In this document: in pieces, positions 1 to 8,914 of the stretch | Position numbering within the stretch: the stretch's first letter is position 1 | Layout of the letters: every line of letters begins with the position of its first letter | Assembly: GCA_902774525.1 (NCBI GenBank) | Contig: CACYIR010000001.1 | Span: forward strand, 1-48,416 | Length of the DNA stretch: 48,416 bases | Direction: 5' to 3' | Source of the DNA: an uncultured Lachnospiraceae bacterium | GTDB taxonomy: Bacteria; Bacillota; Clostridia; Lachnospirales; Lachnospiraceae | Translations under genes and position numbers: made by a program | The notes under the pieces: model-generated | What the model saw: only the letters and a program-made list of their open reading frames with translations | The model's database searches: none | Told to the model about the DNA's origin: nothing

Positions 1-1724
1 ACCTCGCTCGGAGCACCTACCATGACATCCTGTGCCTTGCCGTTCATCGGGAAAGGTATAACCTCCCTGATGGACTCTTCGCCGGTAAGAAGCATGATCA
101 TTCTGTCCACTCCGGGAGCTGCACCTGCATGAGGCGGTGCACCGTAGCAGAATGCATTGTACATTGCGGGGAACTTGGACTTAACCTCATCCTCACCAAG
201 GCCTACCAAGTTAAATGCCTTAACCATGATCTCGGGATTATGATTTCTTACTGCTCCCGATGCCGACTCGTAACCGTTGATTACGAGGTCATACTGGAAT
301 GCATTGATAGTAAGAGGATCAACCTCGCCTTTTTCTGCCTTCTCCAGGATCTCTAATCCGCCGTTGGGCATCGAGAAAGGATTGTGACAGAATTCAAGCT
401 CTCCCGATTCCTCACCTATCTCATACATAGGGAAGTCAACTATCCAGCAGAACTGGTACTGTTCCTTGTCCATATGATCGGGACATAAGATCCCGAGCTT
501 AGAACGCATAACGCCTGCAGTCTTCTGAGCTGCATCAAGCTTATCGCATGCAGCTATGCCTACGAAATATCCGGGCTTTAAATTAAGAGCTGCTACTACT
601 TTATCCTTTACAGGCTGTATAAACTTTGCGATACCGCCCACGATCTCACCCTGCTCGTCCATACGGAACCAGTAGGTCTTACGTGCGGTCTGTACTTCTA
701 CATCAGCCACTAATTGATCGATCTGCTTTCTGGTAGCTGTGAATCCCGATACGGGGATAACCTTTATCTTCTTACCTGCAAACGCATCAAAGCCTATGTC
801 CGCAAGAAGCTCTGTAGCATCCTGTATCTCAAGGTCTATACGAAGGTCGGGCTTGTCGCTTCCGTACTTTTCCATTGCCTCACGGAAAGGAATCCTCTTA
901 AAAGGTGCGGGAGAAATCCTCTTATATACACCGTACTTTTCAAATACGGGAGGAAGAACTCTCTCAAATACACCGAGTACATCATCCTGTGACGCAAATG
1001 CCATCTCCATATCAAGCTGGTAGAACTCGCCGGGAGTTCTGTCACCGCGGGCATCCTCATCTCTGAAACAGGGAGCCACCTGGAAATAACGGTCGAAGCC
1101 CGATGTCATGAGCAGCTGCTTAAACTGCTGGGGTGCCTGGGGAAGTGCATAGAACTTTCCGGGGAACTTACGGCTCGGAACTATATAGTCTCTTGCACCC
1201 TCGGGTGATGAAGCTGTAAGTATGGGAGTGGTGATCTCCAAAAATCCCTCATCCGTCATGGCACGTCGAAGGTCAGCCACTACCTTGCTTCTTAAAACTA
1301 TCTTTGATTTAACTTCAGGGTTTCTTAAATCAAGGAACCTGTACTTAAGTCTGGTATTCTCATCTGCCTCCTTTGATCTCAATATCTCAAAGGGAAGCTC
1401 GTTATATATACATTTTCCGAGTATATCTATTTTCTCGGGTACTACTTCGATATCACCTGTGGGAAGGCTCGGATTCTTGCTGCTTCTCTCTCTTACGGTA
1501 CCGGTAACGGAGATGGTGGACTCGTTGTTGATGCCGTCTAAGATATTCATCATATCCTCGGTCTCAACGACTATCTGTGTGGTGCCGTAAAAGTCACGGA
1601 GTACCAGGAAACCTAAGGTCTTGCTGACCTTTCTCATATTTTCATACCAGCCGCATAAGGTAACGTTCTTTCCGACATCACTTATACGGAGTTCATTACA
1701 GTTGTGTGTCCTTGATTGTGTCAT
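1..1724 (-). CDS. aspS: Aspartate--tRNA ligase, missing the last ~20 aa at the window edge
   Basis: Absent from the ORF track because it has no stop in the window. Reverse-strand ATG at 1722-1724 gives MTQSRTHNCNELRISDVGKNVTLCGWYENMRKV..., a typical AspRS N-terminus. The reverse translation of bases 1-160 reads ...AFCYGAPPHAGAAPGVDRMIMLLTGEESIREVIPFP..., the class II motif 3 region of AspRS. Confidence 0.9.
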   Translation of the reverse strand, partial: MTQSRTHNCNELRISDVGKNVTLCGWYENMRKVSKTLGFLVLRDFYGTTQIVVETEDMMNILDGINNESTISVTGTVRERSSKNPSLPTGDIEVVPEKIDILGKCIYNELPFEILRSKEADENTRLKYRFLDLRNPEVKSKIVLRSKVVADLRRAMTDEGFLEITTPILTASSPEGARDYIVPSRKFPGKFYALPQAPQQFKQLLMTSGFDRYFQVAPCFRDEDARGDRTPGEFYQLDMEMAFASQDDVLGVFERVLPPVFEKYGVYKRISPAPFKRIPFREAMEKYGSDKPDLRIDLEIQDATELLADIGFDAFAGKKIKVIPVSGFTATRKQIDQLVADVEVQTARKTYWFRMDEQGEIVGGIAKFIQPVKDKVVAALNLKPGYFVGIAACDKLDAAQKTAGVMRSKLGILCPDHMDKEQYQFCWIVDFPMYEIGEESGELEFCHNPFSMPNGGLEILEKAEKGEVDPLTINAFQYDLVINGYESASGAVRNHNPEIMVKAFNLVGLGEDEVKSKFPAMYNAFCYGAPPHAGAAPGVDRMIMLLTGEESIREVIPFPMNGKAQDVMVGAPSE

Positions 1725-1743
1725 TTTGTAAAGCCTTTCTGTT

Positions 1744-3072
1744 TCATCTTGATTTTTCGTAAATATATTTTATAAATTCTGCCCTGTCTTCTTCAGGTAT
1801 CTTTTCCACATCGATAACCAGGGCATTGTCATCCGATACATACAGGAACAGGTATCCCTGGAAATTAGCCAGTCTGAACACCTGCGGATAGATGAATTCG
1901 GCTATGGAATCGATACCCGACAATGTAAAGAATTCATCATAAAATCTGTATACCGCGGTAACACTCTTTTTCTTCTTTATTTCGTAACGCTTCATCATGT
2001 TGTCCTGGAATTTTTCTTTTCCGGAGAATCTGTGATATAAAAGAATGAATGCTACCGTTATACCTACTATGAGGACAAATGTGCTGCCGAGATATGTGGC
2101 ATATCCGACAAATCCCACATAGATAAGCGCCATGATAATATCTTTTTTAATGTTCTTAAACCAGAAATTAAAAGTACTGTATGCTTCGATCAGCTTAGCG
2201 TCATACTCGGTCTCAACCTCATATTTTATGCCGCTTATATCAACTTTTCCGTCTTTTTTACGAGTACGGAAATCGTAAAGCTTTTTCGATACATCCTCGA
2301 TCTTTCTCTTTTTCTTCTTCTGCTGCTGTTTGCTTATGACATACAATATCACCATAAGCAGGATGCCGCCGCCGAAGAAACAGCCGATCGTGGTCCATGT
2401 TTTTCTTACCCTGGCCTCGTATTCCTCACGGGTCATCTTGGTGGTAAGCTTTACATGATTGATAAAATCTACGAGGATCTCTTCCTTAAAACCTTCCTTG
2501 TTCCTGCTGTCATCCATACTAAACTGTATTCCCATACCGTTTACTATGGTACCGTAGGTGACCTCGGAAATGCCGTCTTCTATGGTCTCGGAAAGATTTA
2601 TCTTATACATGTTCATGTCCGGATGGGCATAAGTTCCGACAGTTATCTCGGTATTCTCAATCTCGGGCAGGATTTTCTTTGCGTATTCGATAAGATCCTC
2701 ATCACTGTATCCGGAAATATCAAAAGCCCTTAATGCTTCATCCGTTTTTTTCTGTACGAAGTATATATATGAATGCGTGTCGGGCACAAAATAAACAGCT
2801 ACCACTCCACGTGCTTCATATTCTTCCTTTGCATTTTTGGCATCCGGTATCTCTGCCTGCTCCCATATGGGATCGGCGTCCTTTAAAGATGTATCGAGAC
2901 GGATATAATCATCCGGAACATCTATCGTCAGATACTGCATCGGGAAGTTTTGGGTAGTGTAACCGCTTCCATCTTCGGCTCCCGATACCGGTATCTGTAT
3001 ATTACATATCAATCCTAACACAAAGAGCAGGCTTAATACTAAGCCCACTCTTTTTGCTCTTGCATAAATCAT
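1744..3072 (-). CDS. Hypothetical membrane protein: signal peptide, ~200-aa ectodomain, TM, K-rich linker, two more TMs and a YcxB-like C-terminal region
   Basis: ORF 1744..3084. I prefer the ATG at 3072 (MIYARAKRVGLVLSLLFVLG...), which sits 6 nt after GGAG. The YcxB-like call rests only on the architecture of the last ~150 aa (two TMs then YRFYDEFFTLSG...LFLYVSDDNALVI). Confidence 0.6.
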   Translation of the reverse strand: MIYARAKRVGLVLSLLFVLGLICNIQIPVSGAEDGSGYTTQNFPMQYLTIDVPDDYIRLDTSLKDADPIWEQAEIPDAKNAKEEYEARGVVAVYFVPDTHSYIYFVQKKTDEALRAFDISGYSDEDLIEYAKKILPEIENTEITVGTYAHPDMNMYKINLSETIEDGISEVTYGTIVNGMGIQFSMDDSRNKEGFKEEILVDFINHVKLTTKMTREEYEARVRKTWTTIGCFFGGGILLMVILYVISKQQQKKKKRKIEDVSKKLYDFRTRKKDGKVDISGIKYEVETEYDAKLIEAYSTFNFWFKNIKKDIIMALIYVGFVGYATYLGSTFVLIVGITVAFILLYHRFSGKEKFQDNMMKRYEIKKKKSVTAVYRFYDEFFTLSGIDSIAEFIYPQVFRLANFQGYLFLYVSDDNALVIDVEKIPEEDRAEFIKYIYEKSR

Positions 3073-3100
3073 TAAAAACTCCAATCAATTGTTACAGTTA

Positions 3101-5005
3101 TTATCTTACCATATTTCTGATTCTTCTGGGAAGCATGCTCATAAGGCTGTCTAAACTCAGGCCGTTTCTTGAGAGCTTGTCAAGAGCACGTGTATACATA
3201 TCAGGCATATCTGCTGCTTCACAGTTCTCGATCATCTTATCCCAGTCAAGATCTTCTAAGAAGTCCTTGATATCGTTGTTGTTCTCGATATCAACAGTCT
3301 TTGAAGGAGCTTTGATCGTTGATGCTGAAGATTTCTTTAATGAAAGGTCTGCAGTGATGAGCTTCTTGTCATCTTCCTTAAGTACTACATTAACCTTTGA
3401 GCTCTTTACTACAAGGTCGAAATCAACGGTAACGGTAAATCCTCTGAATGAAGATGAACCGATGAGCTTAGACAGATCATACTCAAGCTTACCTGAAGGA
3501 TTACCTGAAAGAAGCTTTCTTACATCAACATCGATAAAGTCGATCGAGGTTCTTACAGAACCTGAACGTACATAATTAACTGTACCGGTAACCTTGTTTC
3601 CGCTGATAGTTCCGTCGATCGAATAGCCTTTTCTTAATTCGTCGTTTCTGTACTCACCGATCTCAAATCCGAAGCTGTTATCATCACCGATAACATACTG
3701 ATAGCCTTCTATGAGTTTTGCATCGGCATCAAATATATGCTGTGCAACTATATCACCTGCGCCGTCAACATATACTTCAAGTGAGATCTCGTCAAAGTGT
3801 CTGTTGTCAAGGTTATCAAGGGCATTGTTGATCTCTTCATAGAATGCATCAACATAGCCTTCTGTTTTGAAAACGCCTGCATCTTCCATACGCATAAGGA
3901 TCTTCTCAAGCTCTGCATCATCAAGTATCTCATTGAGTACTGCGTCATAGATGTCCTTCATGAGTTCTTCATCAATGACAACTCTGTATCTTGTATACTC
4001 GCCGCTTGCTTTTCCGACTTTAAGCTTAACATCCTTCTTAACGTTGTTAACCTTCTTGATCTTGCTGAGTGCAACCTTGGTGTATCTGGATACAAGACTC
4101 TTGATCTCTTTTGTGGTAGGAAGAGCGTCCTTATAAGTCTCAATCTCATCGATCTTGTCAAGGATCTCATCGCCGCCGAGCTTGTCAGCAAGATCGATAG
4201 CTGCATACTGGCTGTTAAGAAGAGGTAATCCTATGTATGCATAGGCATCATTAAAGTCAACGATGAAGTCAAAATCAAAGAGAGTCTTCTTATTTGCCGT
4301 GATACCGCCGTTAAGCTGTACGCTCTTATCCTTCATGGCAAAAGCAGCTTCAACCTTTCCTGTTTTAAGCCATGTAAGGTCAAGCTTTTTGCCTGATGCC
4401 TTATTAAGCGTCTCTAATAAATCTTCCGCATCTTTGCTGATATCGATGTCACCGGAAAGTGCAAACTCTGATTTATAAAAATCAAGTAATTCGAGAATAT
4501 CGCTCTCGTATGCTGTAGTGAGCATATCTGCAAGATCCTCTACTGCTGCCTGCTCTACGCTTACAAAATAGCTCTCATCGGATGAGAAAGCTTTTTTAAC
4601 CGCATTTCTTGCTGACTTTGAAAGTAAGAATATAGCTGCAACCACAACTACAACTGCTGCAACTGCGATAAGTGCGATCTTAACGGGTGATATACCCTTG
4701 CCGCTCTTTTCCTTCTTCTGCTTAGGGGGCTTAGCTGCTACGGGAACTGCTTCCTGACCTACAGCCTGTGCCTGATCAACTGCAGCCTCTACCTGTGCAG
4801 GTACTGCCTCGGGAGCTGCCGCAACCTGCTGTGCTACTGTTTCAGCCTGCTGTTCTACGGCTGCTGCTTCAGAAGTTACCACCTCAGCTGCCTTAGCTGC
4901 TTCCTTTTTTGCTTCCTTTACTGCCGCTGCTGCAGCTTTTGCGCCGCAATTAGGGCAGAAAGCACTTCCGTCAGGTATCTTGCTACCGCATTTTTCACAA
5001 AACAT
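3101..5005 (-). CDS. Zinc-ribbon membrane protein: CxxC-N12-CxxC, A/E/Q/V-rich linker, one TM and a ~480-aa domain of unknown function
   Basis: ORF 3101..5059. The ATG at 5005 follows GGAGGT and gives MFCEKCGSKIPDGSAFCPNCGAK. The TM is VKIALIAVAAVVVVVAAIFLL. The large C-terminal domain has no motif I recognise. Confidence 0.7.
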   Translation of the reverse strand: MFCEKCGSKIPDGSAFCPNCGAKAAAAAVKEAKKEAAKAAEVVTSEAAAVEQQAETVAQQVAAAPEAVPAQVEAAVDQAQAVGQEAVPVAAKPPKQKKEKSGKGISPVKIALIAVAAVVVVVAAIFLLSKSARNAVKKAFSSDESYFVSVEQAAVEDLADMLTTAYESDILELLDFYKSEFALSGDIDISKDAEDLLETLNKASGKKLDLTWLKTGKVEAAFAMKDKSVQLNGGITANKKTLFDFDFIVDFNDAYAYIGLPLLNSQYAAIDLADKLGGDEILDKIDEIETYKDALPTTKEIKSLVSRYTKVALSKIKKVNNVKKDVKLKVGKASGEYTRYRVVIDEELMKDIYDAVLNEILDDAELEKILMRMEDAGVFKTEGYVDAFYEEINNALDNLDNRHFDEISLEVYVDGAGDIVAQHIFDADAKLIEGYQYVIGDDNSFGFEIGEYRNDELRKGYSIDGTISGNKVTGTVNYVRSGSVRTSIDFIDVDVRKLLSGNPSGKLEYDLSKLIGSSSFRGFTVTVDFDLVVKSSKVNVVLKEDDKKLITADLSLKKSSASTIKAPSKTVDIENNNDIKDFLEDLDWDKMIENCEAADMPDMYTRALDKLSRNGLSLDSLMSMLPRRIRNMVR

Positions 5006-5041
5006 AATATACCTCCATAAATATAATAAGATGTAAAAAAT

Positions 5042-5081
5042 TTGCAGATTCCATTGCAAAAGCGTGATTTTATGATAAAAT
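5042..5081 (+). promoter_or_regulatory. Putative sigma-A promoter of the cellobiose phosphorylase gene, overlapped by an inverted repeat
   Basis: -35 TTGCAA (5054-5059), 16-nt spacer, extended -10 TGaTAAAAT (5073-5081). Inverted repeat TTGCA-N8-TGCAA at 5042-5059 overlaps the -35. Confidence 0.4.
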
Positions 5082-5125
5082 GGACCTATGATCTATCACT
5101 ATTTATAAAGGAAAGGATTCTATTT

Positions 5126-7546
5126 ATGAAGTTCGGATTTTTCGATGATGCAGCAAAAGAATACTGCATAACCACACCTTTTACTCCTCTTCCCTGGATC
5201 AATTACTTAGGGAATGACGGCTTTTACGGACTTATTTCCAACACCGCCGGCGGCTACTGCTTCTACCGTGACGCAAAGCTCAGACGAATCACCAGATATC
5301 GTTATAACGATGTTCCCGGTGATATAGGCGGAAGGCTTTATTACATCAAGGACGGTAATACCGTATGGAGCCCCGCATACCGTCCCGCAGAGACAGAGCT
5401 TGACAGCTACGAGTGCAGACATGGTATGGGCTATACCACATTTAACAGCACCAAAGACGGCGTTAATGCAAAGCTTACTTTCTTCGTTCCTTTAGGAGAT
5501 GCATGTGAGCTCCATAAATTAGAAGTTACCAATAATTCAGGCGCAGCCAAAGAGCTTACCCTCTTCTCCGGAATCGAGTGGTGCTTATGGAATGCGGTTG
5601 ACGATTCACAGAACTACCAGAGAAACTTAAGTATCGGTGAGCTTGAGGTAGTCGGCAGCACCATCTATCATAAGACAGAATTCCGTGAGAGACGTAACCA
5701 TTACGCTTTCTTCACCGTTAATACCGAGGTGGACGGTTTTGATACCGACCGTGACGTATTCTTAGGTGCAAGACGCGCCTGGAACAATCCTATAGCCATT
5801 GAGAACGGAAAGAGCGGCAACACCGTTGCTTCCGGCTGGTATCCCATCGCAAGCCACAGTATCAAGGTTACTCTTGCTCCCGGCGAGAAGAAATCTTATG
5901 TATTCCAGCTCGGATATATTGAGGTTCCCAAGACCGAAAAATGGGAATCAAAGGGCGTTATCAACAAGAAGCCCGCTATCGCTCTTATCAATAAATACAA
6001 TACCGCTGAAGCATGTGACGCGGCATTCGATGCATTAAAGAAATACTGGGATAACCTTCTCTCCATCTACCATGTTGAGAGCAAGGATGAAAAGGTTAAC
6101 CGCATGGTTAATATCTGGCATCAGTACCAGGTAATGGTTACCTTTAACATGAGCCGTTCCGCTTCATACTGGGAGACCGGTATCGGACGTGGTATGGGAT
6201 TCAGAGATTCCTGTCAGGACTTACTCGGATTCATGCATCTTATCCCTGAGAGAGCAAGGGACAGAATTATCGATATCGCTTCCATCCAGTTTGAAAACGG
6301 TTCAACATATCATCAGTACCAGCCTCTTACCAAGCGTGGTAATGCAGATATCGGCGGCGGCTTTAACGATGACCCGTTATGGCTTGTTGCATGTACTGCA
6401 GCTTATATCCGCGAGACAGGCGATGCTACGATCCTTGATCATCCTACACCTTTCAACAATGTTGAAGGCAGCGAGAAGCCCCTTATGGAGCATCTCCGCA
6501 GAAGCATCAACTTCACTATCAATAACAAAGGACCTCACGGTCTTCCCCTTATCGGACGTGCCGACTGGAATGACTGTCTGAACCTTAACTGCTTCTCAGA
6601 GGAGCCCGGTGAATCCTTCCAGACATTCGGTCCCAGTGAGGGTCCCGTTGCTGAGTCTGTATTTATCGCAGGTATGTTTGTTAAGTACGGTAAGGAATAT
6701 GCAGATATCTGTGATTATGTAGGACTTGCCGATGAAGCAAAGGCTGTCAGGGCTGAGGTAGATAAGGTTAAAGCCGCTACCGAAGAGTTCGGATGGGACG
6801 GCGAGTGGTTCTTACGTGCATATGATGCATACGGAAACAAAGTTGGTTCAAATGAATGTGAAGAAGGCAAGATCTTCATCGAGCCTCAGGGCTTCTGTAC
6901 CATGGCAGGCATCGGCGAAGAGAAGGGCTACGGCGCTAAGGCACTTGATTCCATCTACAAGCACCTGATGAATGATTACGGTATCGAGATCTTAGCTCCC
7001 TGCTATACTACTTATCACGTTGAACTGGGTGAGATTTCTTCATATCCGCCCGGATACAAGGAGAACGGTGCAATCTTCACACATAACAATCCCTGGTGTT
7101 CAGTGGCTGCAACTGTTATCGGTGATGCTGAAAAGGCATTTGATATCTATAAGAGAAGCTGTCCTGCGTTCCTTGAGGACGTAAGCGAGATCCACCGTAC
7201 AGAGCCTTACGTATACAGCCAGATGATCGCAGGCCGTGCAGCTGTTCATTACGGCGAGGCTAAGAACTCATTCCTTACAGGTACCGCTGCATGGGTTGTA
7301 GTTGATATCACCCAGGCTATCTTAGGTATCCAGCCTACATTACACGGTCTTTCGATCAAGCCTTGTGTTACCAAGGACTTCGGAAGCTACAAGGTAACAC
7401 GTAAGTACAGAGGCGCAACATACAACATCAGTATTATCCAGGATGGCAGCGGCAAGGGTCTCGTAGTAGACGGTGCAGCTGTAGCCGGCAACCTTGTTCC
7501 TGCCGCAGCAGGTAAGACCGAGTATAACGTAGAGTACTACATCTGA
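5126..7546 (+). CDS. Cellobiose (or cellodextrin/chitobiose) phosphorylase, glycoside hydrolase family 94
   Basis: ORF 5042..7546. The ATG at 5126 follows AAAGGAAAGGA and gives MKFGFFDDAAKEYCITTPFTPLPWINYLG...NTAGGYCFYRDAKLRRITRYRYNDVP, matching characterised clostridial cellobiose phosphorylases. The ~806-aa length also fits. Confidence 0.9.
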   Translation: MKFGFFDDAAKEYCITTPFTPLPWINYLGNDGFYGLISNTAGGYCFYRDAKLRRITRYRYNDVPGDIGGRLYYIKDGNTVWSPAYRPAETELDSYECRHGMGYTTFNSTKDGVNAKLTFFVPLGDACELHKLEVTNNSGAAKELTLFSGIEWCLWNAVDDSQNYQRNLSIGELEVVGSTIYHKTEFRERRNHYAFFTVNTEVDGFDTDRDVFLGARRAWNNPIAIENGKSGNTVASGWYPIASHSIKVTLAPGEKKSYVFQLGYIEVPKTEKWESKGVINKKPAIALINKYNTAEACDAAFDALKKYWDNLLSIYHVESKDEKVNRMVNIWHQYQVMVTFNMSRSASYWETGIGRGMGFRDSCQDLLGFMHLIPERARDRIIDIASIQFENGSTYHQYQPLTKRGNADIGGGFNDDPLWLVACTAAYIRETGDATILDHPTPFNNVEGSEKPLMEHLRRSINFTINNKGPHGLPLIGRADWNDCLNLNCFSEEPGESFQTFGPSEGPVAESVFIAGMFVKYGKEYADICDYVGLADEAKAVRAEVDKVKAATEEFGWDGEWFLRAYDAYGNKVGSNECEEGKIFIEPQGFCTMAGIGEEKGYGAKALDSIYKHLMNDYGIEILAPCYTTYHVELGEISSYPPGYKENGAIFTHNNPWCSVAATVIGDAEKAFDIYKRSCPAFLEDVSEIHRTEPYVYSQMIAGRAAVHYGEAKNSFLTGTAAWVVVDITQAILGIQPTLHGLSIKPCVTKDFGSYKVTRKYRGATYNISIIQDGSGKGLVVDGAAVAGNLVPAAAGKTEYNVEYYI

Positions 7547-7597
7547 TCTTATTAATATCCCGGTCAGGTACCATAATAATTTATAAACTTTAATTAA

Positions 7598-7676
7598 CCC
7601 GCGGGGGCCACGGATCATTTCCCCGGACACACTCCAAAGAGTGTCCGGAAAAACAATCCGCGCCCCCGCTTTTTTA
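7598..7676 (+). terminator. Compound rho-independent terminator after the phosphorylase gene
   Basis: Outer stem GCGGGGGC (7601-7608) pairs with GCCCCCGC (7662-7669), extended by CGGAT/ATCCG. An inner hairpin CCGGACAC (7623-7630)/GTGTCCGG (7641-7648) is nested inside. TTTTTT follows at 7670-7675. Confidence 0.7.
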
Positions 7677-7680
7677 CCGT

Positions 7681-7713
7681 AAAATTAAAAAGGGCTCTGT
7701 CCGGACAGAGCCC
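7681..7713 (-). terminator. Rho-independent terminator of the GGDEF gene
   Basis: GGGCTCTG-TCCGGA-CAGAGCCC hairpin (7692-7713), followed on the minus strand by TTTTTAATTTT. Confidence 0.7.
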
Positions 7714-7746
7714 GTATTTGTTATCAGATTTTTTTGGTTCCTTCCC

Positions 7747-8838
7747 CTACTGGGGCTTGCGGCGCTCGCCCTTCATAGCACGTTTGTTGGCGTACATTTC
7801 ACGGTCGGCGCGTTTGTATACATCATCGAATACCTCATTATCCTGCATAGTGGCACTGCCTATGGCGAAGCGGTATTTTGATGCGTTCATGTCCATAAGG
7901 AGACAGGTAAGCATCTTATCCGTCTTTTCCTGAGGTACGCCGATCGAGACTATCACAAACTCATCTCCGCCCACACGGTAGAAATGACTGCCCTTAAGCA
8001 GGTCTTTCCTTATTACCTGTGCTGCGCCTTTTATGGCTTCGTCTCCTGCCGGATGTCCTAAAGTATCATTTATCTTTTTCAGATCGTTCAGATCTATCGA
8101 GAATACCGTTACCTCATCCTTGCTCTCAAGATTTCTGGTATCTGCATAAAAGCTTACACGGTTAAGCGCTCCTGTCAGGATATCCCTCTTAAAGTACTCC
8201 ACATGCATGAACATGTAAAAGAATGCAACATCAAGAGATACTACTCCGATAAGGATTCCTCTTAACTGGAACATGGTCTCAACAAATGTGGCAAGCAGTG
8301 AAAGCATGGTAGCCACACAAACCACGATCGATTCACGCCATCTGTCATATTTTAAGATGTAAATGCCGTATACAAACAGTATCACGGCATATAGGAACGA
8401 AACCACGTGAGGAGTATAACTTAACGGGCCTCTCATTATGCTTCCGTCCTCGCCGTACCAGAATACCAGTTTTGTGAAGAAAGCAAGCATCGTGATCACA
8501 AAATTGACAACGGCCGGTATGACCAAAATATTCTTAAGTATCTTCTTTTCTTCCCTCAGCTCTATGAATATCAGTGAAAGCATCAGGCAGATACGGATAT
8601 TGTACCCGAGTACTGCAGAAAGGACATGTATAAAGCCGGTATTACGACCGTTCAGCAGATAATAATCTATGTTATCGATAACAATGAGTATTATCAGAAA
8701 GAACAGGGGCTTTACGAACATCTCCGTTACTTCATGCTCATATACATCATTAAATCCTATAAAAATGATAAGGAAGATTATAATGCACAGCGGCAGGACA
8801 TTGATCTGTATCAACTGCTGCAGAAATTCATCGTACAT
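7747..8838 (-). CDS. Membrane-anchored diguanylate cyclase (multi-TM N-terminal domain plus GGDEF domain)
   Basis: The C-terminal ~165 aa contain LNDLKKINDTLGHPAGDEAIK...FYRVGGDEFVIV (GGDEF active site). The N-terminal ~195 aa form about six hydrophobic segments. Confidence 0.85.
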   Translation of the reverse strand: MYDEFLQQLIQINVLPLCIIIFLIIFIGFNDVYEHEVTEMFVKPLFFLIILIVIDNIDYYLLNGRNTGFIHVLSAVLGYNIRICLMLSLIFIELREEKKILKNILVIPAVVNFVITMLAFFTKLVFWYGEDGSIMRGPLSYTPHVVSFLYAVILFVYGIYILKYDRWRESIVVCVATMLSLLATFVETMFQLRGILIGVVSLDVAFFYMFMHVEYFKRDILTGALNRVSFYADTRNLESKDEVTVFSIDLNDLKKINDTLGHPAGDEAIKGAAQVIRKDLLKGSHFYRVGGDEFVIVSIGVPQEKTDKMLTCLLMDMNASKYRFAIGSATMQDNEVFDDVYKRADREMYANKRAMKGERRKPQ

Positions 8839-8914
8839 ATACTCCTCCTTTCTATTACGGGTCAGGTACTGTTAAATATTAAAGATCCTTCGCTAATGCT
8901 CAGTATGACATGTT

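Noticed and set aside
5042-5125. Upstream-extended ORF-track starts (5042 phosphorylase, 9771 typA, 21699 coiled-coil protein, 47432 mraZ, 38571 mrpE, 9574 thrH, 5059 zinc-ribbon, 13359 COG2426, 28311 acpP)
   Set aside because: In each case a downstream ATG has a well-spaced GGAGG-type RBS and yields the family-typical N-terminus. The extensions add non-conserved residues and often run through promoter or operator sequence.
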